Assembly (NCBI GenBank): GCA_008632985.1
Contig: QPGO01000003.1
Coordinates: 682,001-746,000, forward strand
Direction of reading: 5' to 3'
DNA from: Psammoneis japonica
Taxonomy: Eukaryota
Length of the DNA stretch: 64,000 nucleotides
This document shows positions 1-12,149 of the stretch, piece by piece; position 1 is the stretch's first letter; the number at the start of each line of letters is the position of its first letter. A program made the translations under genes and the position numbers. The notes under the pieces were generated by a model, which saw nothing but the letters and a program-made list of their open reading frames with translations, made no database searches and was not told the origin of the DNA.

Positions 1-388
1 TCAGTATGATGTGTGCGTGGTGGCGGAGACTATGAACCTCTAGGGCTATCCCTCTGTAGAAAACTAGTAGAGAGTAGCTATACCCACAGAGCTTTACCCT
101 GCTTCAGCTGTTCCTTAACATAGACAAGGCATTGCAGGCAGATGCGCCCTCTAGAAAGCATTGTATTGCGAACTTGGCATGCGCACATGTTTCTAAAAAG
201 AGTTGGTTCCGATAGCAGTTTTCCGAATCAACGCTTCTTTGTCGCCGCCACGGAGACTCATGAGCTTACAGACTGGGCTATCAGCGAATACGATATCACC
301 TTCAGGACTGAGAATAATCGCGCGATCCAACCAGCCATCCGCCTGATTGCATATTAGACAAATCAAACTCTATGAAGTCCTTCCTCTT

Positions 389-2261
389 CTAGTCTGCTTT
401 TGCTTGACGAAACAAGACGATTCTCATTACGGTCCCCCCAAGAGCTGCCATGTCATGATTTTCTCGTGCGACAAGCTCCAAAACCCCACCCATGCTTGTC
501 ACGAGAGAACGCGCAATCTGAAGTCCCAATCCCGTACCCGAGACGGAACTTGTGGCCTTGCTCCGATAGCCGCGCTCAAACACAGCTTCATAGTCCGCGG
601 GTGGGATGCCTGGACCATTATCTTCCATCACTATTGTCACTCCCGGTGGAACGGGGGATTGGTTGGCGACAAGTCGAACGATTACACGGGGGTTCCGTGT
701 CGTTTCACCCTCTTTGGAGATCGTTACATACTTGAAGGCATTATCAAGCACATTTGAAACCGCTTCTTGCAATGACTTTTGGCACACCAAAACACCGGGA
801 AGCTCGTCATTCTCAGCGCCAATTACTTGGAAATCAATTCCACGTTCAGCGGCAAGCACGGTAAAGGTGGAAAAGATTGGCTCAAGAATGTCGGAAACAA
901 AAGCCATTTCTACCTCAACTTTGGACTTTTGTTTGGTCTTCTGTTTACGAACAGACAAACGGGTCTCGTCGTCCACTCGTTTCTTTTCCGTTTGAACCAT
1001 GTCAATGACGCTCGTATGATTCATCACAACATTGGTTCCAAGCTTTGATTCAGAAGTATCGTTTCTCCAGGGCGTTGGTTTCTTCTGATATTCTGCCAAG
1101 GCCGATGTGCCATCTAGATAAAACGGTGGCGACGACAAGGACGATGAGTCGCTGAGTGATGATACCAACGAGTCCATGGGTAAAAGCATGTCTGCCACGC
1201 GATCACTCTGAATCATCAAGTGCTGTGCCAATTCCATCAGTTCCGGCACATTAGTGCCTCCGGCACCCGTATCGACCGCATCGTCGTCTGTATCCGCAAC
1301 GCGTTGTTGCAATAATTTTCCAAACGTACGAAGCGCTTGCAAGGGGTTCTTTACCTGATGGACACTATCGGACAAGGAAAGACGAGCATTGTCAAGTCTG
1401 GTTTCGGCATCTGCCCGCTCCATATCCATGGAGAGTGCCAAGGACAAGCTTTGAGCCGCTCTGGATATTTGATCACGGTCCTCTTGTGTCCACGAAGCAT
1501 TGCTTTCCGTATCGCGTTGTTCGAGTTGGGGCGATGGCCAAACGAGTAGGACACCCACGGTTTGAGCTCCTAGAAAGAGTGGTACCGACAAGGCCGCTGG
1601 ACCACCCTTGGAACGGGTATCGCACAAGACTTCTTCCACGACACCCACACCAGCATCGCCCGAAGATGAAACCATGGGATATCCTGGTATAAGAGAAGAC
1701 GCATGAGCAAATCCTGGTAGTTTGGTGAGTGTTTTGGGTAGTGTCGGCGCAACTCCCGATTTGGCATGCGATGCAATAAAGACTCGTTCCGAAGAAGGGT
1801 GTGGGTATAAAACGGCCGGAACAAAATTCTAATTGTCCCGTTTCCATGTTTTCTTGTGGCAAATAAAGAGCAATGGATCCGATTTTGCGCCGCCCTTGTA
1901 GGGCATGGGCCAAGAGTTCCAGTTGGTTTTGTGCCAAATTGACAAACAGGGGGGACGGCATGGCTGGAATGGGACTCGGTAGCTGCTCCTGCTGAGCATC
2001 ACTGTCGTTCAGCATGTACAATGGAAACGGAGTTTCTCTCGCGCCATGGGAGAAAGTGCCGCTCCTGAACAATCTCGAGTCAAACAGACGACCAATTCTC
2101 GGCCTTCGCCTATCATCAATTCTATCCAGAGGTCGAGAAGGGGCGACAAAACTCATTCTCAGCATTGTTCCTGTCTTTGTCGCCGAGCCCATGGCCGACT
2201 TCATTCTCTGAAGCTGGAGAAGCAGAGGAATTAACACACACCAAAAAAGTCGAATCACCAT
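389..2261 (-). CDS. CSK: Chloroplast sensor kinase (CSK / cyanobacterial Hik2-like histidine kinase) with N-terminal signal/transit peptide; apparent +1 frameshift at the A4 run 1823-1826
   Basis: H-box LSDSVHQVKNPLQALRTFGKLL resembles Hik2/CSK. HATPase boxes NVLDNAFKY, EDNGPGI, FERGYR and GTGLGL are present. Removing one base at 1823-1826 joins GQLEF to VPAVLYPHPSSERVF...GYPMVSSSG in a single frame. The N-terminus MVIRLFWCVLIPLLLQ is hydrophobic. Confidence 0.8.
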
Positions 2262-2437
2262 TTTCTGATTCGCCTTCAAGACAACGTGTAGTGGCTAAAA
2301 TCATGTACTGTATTTGTTTTCCACTTGTGCCATTGAGCCTGAGAAGGTGAACGCTGAAACGTGCGGCGTTGTTGCATGGACACCAGACACAATCTCAAAT
2401 CGCGAAAAAGATCGCCACCAACCTAAATAAGCGTTGC

Positions 2438-2534
2438 GTAGGTTCTGGTACATTTCCACGAAGATCGCGCCAGCCTCAACCAAATTTTCAAAAAATGTTC
2501 AGACCCGTCTGTCCGTCTATCAATCGGCGGCAAA
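2438..2534. repeat. About 100 bp direct repeat, copy 1 (copy 2 at 5312-5411)
   Basis: GTAGGtTCTGGTACATTT...AGATCGCGCCAGCCTCAACCAAATTTT...AAAAAATGTTCA...GTCTGTCCGTCTA...ATCGGCGGCAAA is shared by both copies. Confidence 0.9.
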
Positions 2535-2670
2535 GTTTGCATACATAAAAATTTGCCGACGCGACGCGACATGATGATGACATGAAGCTGAGTGATGAGA
2601 GCTGAGATGAGTGAAGTTGCAGTTGTTGCTGTCGATGGATTGCTGGTATCGTATCAACTTTTTATGAAAC

Positions 2671-3906
2671 ATGACTGATAATGATAATCAGGATGAGTGT
2701 CGTGTGTTGGCGTGTGGATATCGTCATATTCGCAGCCCCAAGACGGGTTTGACCTTTCCAGCGTGGTTGGTTCAATTGTCGGGAGGTCATCAACAACAGT
2801 GGCGGTCCAAACGAGACTTTTTGGTGCTGGGACGCGCCTCCACCAAGATCATTCAATTGCCCAAGGCGGCACTGGAAAAGCTATCTCGACGAGCTCCTTG
2901 GAAACGACCAAGCAACCTCAAACTGCCGACCGATGGCGATGAAAAACCTCTTGCGAATCGTTTTGAAGTTTCCATGAAGAAGAGTTTGCTTCAGCTGGAT
3001 CAGTTTCTACAACAAATACACGACTACACGATAACAAATCCAGACGCAGACTCTGAACTAAAGGGAGCGTGGAAAGTCTTTTGTCGAAAACAAGATACCG
3101 AGTGTCTTTGTCAACACGACGAGACGGCGAACGATGCACAACGATCTGCACAATTGGGGCAATACTTTTGTACACCAGAAAATGCAATACAGGTGAGACG
3201 TTATACTCTATTTTGTGATTGTGGTGATTCGTATCCTCACGCTTGTCTGTGTGAGTATCCTTAGCTGGTCCAATTGGTTTTGAATCGAATCGACCTTTTG
3301 GATGCACATCGAACAGTGTTTTTGGAACCGTCATGTGGCCATGGAGATGTTGTTTTCACCTTGATCAAGGAACTTGAGCGCAACAATGTGCAGCCGGTTG
3401 AAAAGATTTTTATAGTGGCATGTGATATTGACTCTAATGCGATTCAGACTTGCAAGGAGAAAATGGCCACCATCACGTCAACAAGTAGTAGTGTCAATGT
3501 GGAATGGAGGTGCTGCGACTTTTTATCCACCACACCAAGCGACTTTGGCGTTACAGAAAAAGACACGATTGTATGTTTGGGAGGACCGCCGTATACCAGT
3601 GGTGCTGGAAGTGGAACCGACATGAAGCGTGACTTGTGCCAATTATTTCTCTGGCATACACTGCACCAGTGGAGAGCCAGTGTCGTGGCCTTTTTCTTAC
3701 CTCGACGGTATGCAACAAATCGATTGAAAGTACAACAAGACAATCATGATGGAGAAGAGGTGGGCTGGATATGCGAGACACAAGAGCTTTCCTCTAGCAC
3801 GTTTCTCTTTCAAGGGGCAACCAAAGTGATTCAGCCATCGATTCTTCAGTGCTGGTATTGTAACGAGAAAGAGGTAACGACAACCACTAGAGCCGATGAT
3901 GCTTGA
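2671..3906 (+). CDS. SAM-dependent amino (N6-adenine-type) methyltransferase-like protein, join(2671..3192,3265..3906)
   Basis: GT-AG intron 3193-3264 joins the two ORFs in phase 0. Motifs GQYFCTP, LEPSCGHG (motif I), ACDID, DFL and GGPPY (variant of NPPY motif IV) occur in gamma-class order. Confidence 0.7.
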
Positions 3907-4283
3907 CTCTTGCGGACTGTATGATGTAGTCGTCTAGCTTTTATGGCAATAAGCTGTGACTGATTGCCACCAATGTTTCTTACGGGCTGCCTGCACGTTT
4001 CATCTATTTCGAGTGCCTCTCCATCCAACCACTTTGAAAGCGGGCTCAAGGACCTCAATTTTCATGCGGTTTTTAGAGTAGATCTCATATCAAGTACATG
4101 CCATATCATATATACCTATTGAAGATGTTTGCTCTCTTTTGAGAAACGCAAATTCATATCTATGCAGTGACTGCCTACTCGGCAAATGAGAGCTACAAAA
4201 CATTTGAATTGAGGTATTGCCACATGCGAGAAGAAAAAAGACAAGAATTATAGGTATCATATACAATTAGCAAATGGAGAGCT

Positions 4284-5000
4284 TCAAGGCTGCAAGGCTG
4301 CCAATGCTGCAATGCCCTCCGAGATGGCGCGTGCGGCAAGGTCTCCAGAAAACACAATGTCCACAGCTTTCTGGATCTCCTGGCTGGAGAGCAAATCTTC
4401 ATTGTTGTAGGTGGCAATCCTTCCAGCCTGGGTGGCAATAAGGGTAAAGGCGCCCGTCATGATGGCGTCCATCATGGCCAGGCCCATCTTGGAGATACTG
4501 GCTTCGGGATCAACTTGCTCGAGAACCTTTGAAATGTAAGCCGAGTAAGAACTCTGAACCGGTTGTTCCCCTTTTGAAAGCCTGCCTCTGATACCTGGAA
4601 TGCTGGGAAGGTATGGGAGCACTCCTCCACTCGCAATCGTGACTCCTCCAAGAAGCTTCTTGAGCTCTTCACTGTTCATCACGGCGAGAAGAATGTGGCG
4701 AGGCACAATGCGGCTCTCGTTGTCGTCACGGGCGGCATTGCCGGCAAGCTCTAGAATCTCGGCACAAAGGTACTCCAACACGGCAGCAAGGTACACGGGG
4801 GCTCCGGCACCCATATGATCAGCGTATTGACGAAGATAACGCCCAATACGACCGACAGGGAACTGCAACCCGCCCGTCTCCCCGTTCGACTCAGGATCCG
4901 TTGATGGTAGGTGCCGTAACCCGGTGTTGTCTCCGTAAATGGGCTTGACGAGGAGCGCCACGAGGAGAAACAGAGGAAAAGCGAGATGGATGCGTTTCAT
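4284..5000 (-). CDS. Signal-peptide-bearing histone H2A-H2B fusion protein
   Basis: Hydrophobic [23 protein letters not shown] is followed by an H2A fold ([14 protein letters not shown]...[29 protein letters not shown]...IASGGVLP) and then an H2B fold ([15 protein letters not shown]...[10 protein letters not shown]...[11 protein letters not shown]), all in one uninterrupted ORF. Confidence 0.85.
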   Translation of the reverse strand: MKRIHLAFPLFLLVALLVKPIYGDNTGLRHLPSTDPESNGETGGLQFPVGRIGRYLRQYADHMGAGAPVYLAAVLEYLCAEILELAGNAARDDNESRIVPRHILLAVMNSEELKKLLGGVTIASGGVLPYLPSIPGIRGRLSKGEQPVQSSYSAYISKVLEQVDPEASISKMGLAMMDAIMTGAFTLIATQAGRIATYNNEDLLSSQEIQKAVDIVFSGDLAARAISEGIAALAALQP

Positions 5001-5311
5001 TTTCTTGTTGCTTATGTACTTGGTTGACAATCTGCAATATGATGGTATGGGTATGGGTTCGCAATGATTGCAATGTTATTTTGCATGATGCAATTATTTT
5101 CGAATTTCGAGACAACGCATGTTCTCGAGTTCTTGGCGCGGTGCCGCCAAAAAATCTGAAGGTCCCGCAAAATTTCACAATGCGCGTCATCATAGTTTAA
5201 GAAAACAATACACTTCCCTAAATATCTTTTTATTCAGTCATTTCAATCGAATCAAATATTTTACTATCGTTTTTAAGCGTATTAATTGCCGTTGAAAATT
5301 CTCTCTCTTAT

Positions 5312-5411
5312 GTAGGCTCTGGTACATTTTTAGGTAGATCGCGCCAGCCTCAACCAAATTTTAAAAAATGTTCACGTCTGTCTGTCCGTCTAGGTATCGA
5401 TCGGCGGCAAA
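5312..5411. repeat. About 100 bp direct repeat, copy 2
   Basis: Near-identical to 2438-2534. Confidence 0.9.
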
Positions 5412-8400
5412 CAAAATGCTTTTCCCCAGAACTTTTCTTGAGGGGGGTCATCCCCGCGTTTGTCCTCTCTAGAATTACCGTGGCATTTGAATAAGATCAT
5501 GTGGTGTTTATTTTTGAATGCAAAAACCAGGCCTGCAGGGAGCATTGATCACTTTTCCTTTTGCAGTGCTGAGTGTCGCAGCATTGCTGTGGGCGTGTGA
5601 GCACGCAGGAGTGTGAGTGTGTGCTGTTGTGTGGTGCGTGCATTGGTTGTTCCGGCAGAGGGACAGTCAGATGTCTGTGACACGATGACTGTTTTTGCAG
5701 GTGGCAATGCGAATGGTGGTGTGGATTGCCGTCATGCCAGATGGTTCATGTCGACACGAAAAAGTCTGCAGTCACCAGCCACTGAGTGGTTGATGAAAAG
5801 AAGGCAGGTTCGGCAATGTTCCTGGGTGACGAAGCTGCCTCTGCAGCAATTTGTTCTGCTTGACTGCTTTGTTCTGAACCAGAGGAGTGTTGTCTGTGAC
5901 ATGTTGTTTCTGTTCTGTTTTGTTTCCCTGCTGCATTTTGATTGCTCCGTGAGAGACCAGAGAAGCTCACAACAAAACAGGCCTCGTTTTAGATTTTCCT
6001 TGATCCAGAGCAGGCACCTTTTCAACTTGCCACAGCCTGCCTTGTCAGGAGAAAATCTTTTTGAATGCAAATGATCAAAACCACATGTTGCGTGCCTTTC
6101 TCCCAGATTTTGCCACACACAAGCATGCTCTTTTTTGTCGACCAAATCAAGGCATTTGTTCGCACGCCCTTTGTCCAGCCAGTCCACGACATGGGTGTGT
6201 CAACATGTTCCAGATCTTCTCCACCTGGGCTGGATGGGCCATTTCCTTCTAACTGTTCATCTGGTGGCATCTGGAGCATGTCCTCCACATGACTCAACAT
6301 TGCCGGCATGTTCATCTTTGCAATTTGAATGGCTTGGTTTGCCGATGAGCTCATGTTTGGCTTCTGGTGTTTCATTGGCTGGTGCAGCAACAGCTGAATT
6401 GCAACAAGTTTTGGGATGAGTTGCAAGGAGGGTGCCGAGGGTGTCGACTCCACATTGACTCTGCACTCCCACATGACACCATGTGTTTTGACCATTCAAC
6501 AATTTTTTGGCATGTTCAATGCCTGCCAAACAACACTGAAATTGTCGCTTCATTCCCCATTGCATCAACCCTGATGGAGCAAAATCAAAGCTGTTGGCAT
6601 TCCTGCATTGCTCTGCTTGCTCTTTGCACTTGCAATGATTTTTCTTTCATGTGCCCGTGTTCAACGCCTGGACCAAACAATGGAGCCATTGTTCATTGTC
6701 AATCCCAAGCAGTGTCAATCACATCAGAGCAAGATGAAAGAGCCATTGACTTGAAACCATCAACTCCAAACTCCCATGACACAAAACAGCACAATCCATG
6801 CTCTGCAAGACAAAGTGCAAGATGTGAAAGGCAATGGATGAGCCATCCATGTGTCAAGCAACAGTTGCATGCAATGATGTTGTTGTTTGACATGCAAGCT
6901 TTAACTCACCTGACCAAAGCTTCACACATGCTGACAGTGGAGTTTTCACCTTTGAGCAAAAGCACCCACTGTGCCCTCCAGACAACTGCTGGGTTGTCAT
7001 CCGTCCAAGCAAAGATGGCAAGGAGACACTGACTTTCCCTTTTAGTGGGATGACCCCAAGTGCAATGAAGACATCAAAGATTGTGAGTGAGATGGGCAAC
7101 TGCAAAAAAAGAGAAGATCATGATGCCATGCCATGTTGACGGTCCAAGAGGGCTTGAGGTGTTTGCCATCAAGACCAACTGCAAAGAGCTCAAGACTCTC
7201 CACATGGCAATGAAGGATGCCACCACATTCTTGCAAGGAGGACTCACCCATTCACTGAACGACAAATGGGGAAGAGCAGCTTGCACGGAGCTTGTCAGCA
7301 TCAATCAAAGGTCCTGTGTCATTGTCGCAGGGATGTCAACAGCAGTGTGTGCTTCTGTCATGTGTTTCTTTTCTGCTTTGCATGTCCTCCATTGCTGAAT
7401 GTAACACACAAAGAACAATTGCTTGCTGTGGAGTTGGCAGCCACAAATCTGACCCCCCACGAGATGGACCTGTGATGGTCAGATCAGCAATGTGCATGTT
7501 CTGCTGACCAAAGGTGACCTTGACATAAAACAACAGCATCTTAGAATGCCACCATTTGCATTTCTGAATTTCCTGGTTCATGCAGAATTTTGTTTTTTTT
7601 TTTGGGTGCACCCATGGATTTGGTGTCAATTGCCATTGAAAATTTGTGATGGAAGTTGCCCAGAATGCAAAGTCAAGGCAGCTCTGCAGGGGAGACACCA
7701 AGGAATCTGAGCTGAAAGGGCAGAGATTGGCCACCCACAAGAGAGTAAAATGAAAAAAAAGCTGGACATTCTGATCAATGTTGGAGTGCCTGTCACCTGA
7801 AGGCACAAAGTGAGAGCCTTCAGCAACAATTTTGCGGTGTGGAAACTGCAGAGAACATGCAGAGGCATGCAACAAAAAGCTCAAGACAGAAACTCACAAT
7901 GAAAAGAGTGGAGTTGTTGAAATGTTGTTGCACCCATGTTTTGAGAATCCCGGTGATGATGCCATGATTGGAGAACAATGTCATGATTGAAAAAAGGTGT
8001 CACAACTGGGGTCAGGGGGAAGTGCACCAACTGCATTTGGCAAAGGGCTGGACTCACAAGTTTTGTGTTTGTTGTTGTTCATGCACTGGCTGCACTCAAC
8101 ACTCATCATTTGCAACATTTGTTGTTGAAAAGCAAGTCAGTGCATTGTTTAAAAAAGCCCATTGCATCTCATTGTGAACAAGTTTTCTTGTGGCTGCCTT
8201 TCATGTTGCACCCATGATTGTGTCCAAGTTTGACCTCCATTTGCAGAAACAGACAATTCAAGCAAGACACTCTCATCAAGCAATGCAAATGTGGCAGGTT
8301 GTGTCAAAGGCTTCTGCAACACAGGGAACAGAGATGATGCATCAATTTTGACATTGTGTGGAGATCACTTGTGAGGCAGGAGCAGAAACAACAGAGCAAA

Positions 8401-9599
8401 TCCATGAGATTTGATCAAACAGCAAGAAGTTGCCTCATTGTGCAATGGCTGAAAGAGAAAAAGTGCACCCGACCATGAAAAATGTGTCAGTGCTCAAGTG
8501 GCTGGCAACTGGCAATGCAACAATGTTGTGGCTGCAAATGCAGGATGATTGCACAAAGTGATTTTGTGGTTGTGCAATTGCCACTGCGCAGCACTGTTTC
8601 CATCTGCACAAAAGATGTTGCACTCCAGCTCTTTTCAACAAGATCTGGGTTCCATCTTCATGAATCATGCTGCCACTTCTGACAAAGTGACAAGAGTTTC
8701 AGCATGTTTGCCATTTTTTGTGCAGGCTTCTTGAAGCATGTCATCATTGTGGCAAGGATTGTGTTTTTGATCACATCATGCAGCAGTGGTGTGTCAGCCA
8801 AAGGGCTCGAGATCTTTTGCAGCTGGGCACTCAGCCTCTGCAAATCAAAAACATTCCTGTAATTTAACACATGTTTGTTGTGGAAAGAGACAACATTTGC
8901 ATTCTTTGACATCTCAGTGCAAAATTCATGCAGATTTCTGTGCAACTTTGGGTCAATTTGTTTTTGCACGCCACTTTGTGGTGCAATCATTGGGCCATCC
9001 ACTCGACAACTTTTGCTCTCTGATGTCTGTGAGTGTGACTGTGTGCAAACAGATTTTCCAAGATTTCATGCATGAAGATGTTAAAGACAAATGCCACATT
9101 TGTCATGCACCTGACACATGAGCTGCAGAGCCCACACACAGAATTTTGTGGGACCAATGCCCCAAAAATTCCCACCCAGGCCCAGAGAGCTGGAGCATGT
9201 CCCCTGATGCATTGCATGTCAACTGCAGCCATGATGACATGATTTGTTGTGGAGCAGATTTTTCCTTTAGTTTGGGAGTTTTCTTGTGTTGCTGTCAGCA
9301 ACAGAGGGGGCAGCTTGCCCTGGCATTGTTGCCATTGTTGAAGATGTTGATTGTGAGGATGCAGCTTGGCAGCCATTTTTTTCTGGCAAACAGGCTTCTT
9401 TTTCTTCTTTCCTTCTTTTGTTCTGCTCTGTCTTTGCCATCAGCCTTTTGTTGAGTCCACACAATTTCCTGATCTTTCAGGCAGTTTTCACTGTCATTGT
9501 CTTCACACAGAATGTGGTGTTGTGTGGGCTCTTTTTGTCAGGATTGCCACTGTGCAATGCCATCACACAGGTTTCAAATGGATCTGCCCATGACAGCTC

Positions 9600-11770
9600 C
9601 CATGTCTGCACAGAATGATGCCATCACTGAGACCCATTTGCACCAGGAGGATGATCCAGATCCCTTTTAGTGAGCTGAAAACAGTGAGGCATCTCATTGC
9701 TGTGCCATCTGAAATGCACACAGGTTGAATGTGACAACCAGTCTGCACATTGAGATGACAGTTGAACAGGATGCACACCAAATGCTGGTGAGTGCATTGC
9801 TGGAATTCCCTGCTGCAGTGACCCAAGTGGACTGAGTCTTGTTCACCCCAATCTTGTAGAGCAAAGTGGCAGATGTCTGTGTGGTGAGTGCATCAGCAGG
9901 TTTGCTTGCATTGGCAATCAATGGGGAGGCAGCATTGTCATCATGCACAAGGGTGGCCAGCATTTGTGAAATGTGCAACTCATCAGGAATCAGTTGGAGG
10001 TGCAGTGCCATCTCACCTGCATCTGCAGGAGGCAGGTCAACACAGCCATGTGCTGCAGCCAAAGGAGGAGGGTGGGCCACTTTTGGAAATGTGCCATTGG
10101 CTGCAGTGTGCCAGCTGGTCAGTCCACAATCAGGATGAGCTGCAAGATGCTGGAGAACATGCTGGACTCGTTCACAGCAGTGACAGCCTGGATTGGAGCA
10201 GAGTTGGCTGAGCTTGGCAGTGGCAAAGCCGACACCCATCTTGGTTGTCATGTTGCCATTGCTCAGACAAGTTCTCTGACAGTGCACCAGCAAGAAAAAC
10301 CTTGTTTGCTCTGCAGTTGTTGAAAGCTGGTGGGGACATTTGATGGTGTCGCTGCCTTGTGCTTGGTGCACAAAGCCTCGCCCAGGATGCAGGGAGATCT
10401 GTTGGGAGGGAGATCCATCTGTGTTGGAACCCCAGGAGGACAAAAAAATTGGGGTGGTTGGTGAATGGGCTTGTGGGTTTAGGGGGGAGCACTTCCCAAC
10501 AAAAAGGGGAATCCCCCCAGTGAAAAAAGCAGGGGCCCAGTTTTTGGAGTGCGTCATCACAATGCCTGTTAAACCCAGAGGGATCACACCCTGCAGTGCA
10601 GGTCAAGCCATCATCATGCGATCCATTGCACACATTAAACTGCAGTCTGCTCCAGCTGGGCACCTGGACAGGCCTTTTGTTGCATGCAAGAAGGAGAGAG
10701 AGTGTGATCTTGTCTGAGACCTCTTGTTTGATTCTCATTGAACAAGTTCCTCAGGAGAGAAAGCCTCATCTGCAGCAGGCGCATCATGCTCCATGGCACA
10801 TTTGTTCAATGGCATCTTCTTGCAATGGATGGCATCTGCCATTGCGGTTCGTTTGCGTGCACTGTGTGCTGCACTGTGCACCATGCGCTCGTCGTGGTCC
10901 ATGCTGAGTGGTGCGGCACATGGCACTTGGCACGTCCCAGTGGCTCGTGACCCACCTCGCCAGACAAAATAAACTGGGGAGCCCCAGCTCCCCCCTGAAC
11001 CCACAAGCCCATTGGTGAAGGTGCATTTGATGCAAGACATGCCACAGATCTTGATGAAATCTTGGGTTGGCTCAACATTGCATGCCAAGAAACTAGATGA
11101 GGAGGGGAGACCTTGGTGTTTTGTGCTTCAACGCTTCAAGAGAAGATCAAAGACACTGCACATTTTGTGACAGGTCTCTTTGGGGGCAACCACCATGGCA
11201 AAGCTGTTGACTTGTTCAAGCACTGGAATGGATTCACCATTGATCTCTCCACCACAGATGATGCATGGTTCATGGGCAGTGAGCTTGAGACCAAGGTGAA
11301 ACTGGATGAAGGTCTGTTGACATGGATGTCCCACGCTTGGAGGTTGGAGGTGAGCATGAGATCAAGGAGGCAAGAAGGTGGGGTGCACATGTTGCTGCAG
11401 GAGTGAGGCATCAGCAAAGGGCTGAGGATTAAAAAAGGTCAGTGGAGTCTGTGTGCAGGGGCCTGAGGCAGGGCCTGGCTGGCATTTGGGCAGGGCTTTT
11501 TGGAAATTGGAGAGAGCAAACCAGTGCTTGGGAGAAGAGGGTGTCATGGGTGACAGGGAGTGAAGGATGCTTGTGCCAAGGGCTGAGAATGCAGTTTGCA
11601 GACTTTGTCATTGGGCTCCAGGGCAAGGGATGCAACTGAATGGAGGAAAGCAGCATGAGTGCAGGCAGCGCTGAAGTCATTTTGACCATGTGACGAGGTG
11701 TCAAAACCAGGTGGGCCATTGGAGGGTGTGTGGGGTGAAGCTGCCTGAGAGGCATGTCAGGCCGCATCTG
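9600..11770 (-). mobile_element. Decayed Ty1/copia (CoDi-like) pol: RT and RNase H remnants
   Basis: LKLTAHEPCIICGGEINGESIPVLEQVNSFA resembles the RT motif TTHEPCLY...LRQVDDFA. Also VEPTQDFIKI, GFATAKLSQLCSNP...VQHVLQHLAAHPDCGLTSW, and LVHDDNAASPLIANASKP (RNase H). Confidence 0.75.
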
Positions 11771-12149
11771 AGGAGAATGGATTGAGAGTCATTCTGGAAG
11801 AGGAGGAAGAGGCACTGGGCAACAACAGGAGCTGAGGGTGAGCAGAGTTGCTGGGAGGAGGTCTTGGGTTGAGAGCGCAGGGGTTGAAAAAGAAAAAGGA
11901 GTTTCCAGAGCAGGGCTCAAGAGGTTTGCCAGCAAAACTCACTGAGAGATGGAAGGTGGTGCACTCACACAGTGGCTTCTGGCACTGAAGTGAGGAAGAC
12001 AAATTGAGGGGGGTCATTTGCTGCCATTTTGGCTTGGATTTGGCCGGCAATTTTTCCTGAATTTTGCAGTGCTTTGCCATGGTGAAAACATGATCAAGCC
12101 ACAAGTCTGTGACAGAGAAGGTCTGTCTGCCAACTCTCATCTGTTTTAT

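Noticed and set aside
5613..9500. Possible transposase relics at the start of domain 1
   Set aside because: Too degraded to assign by eye.
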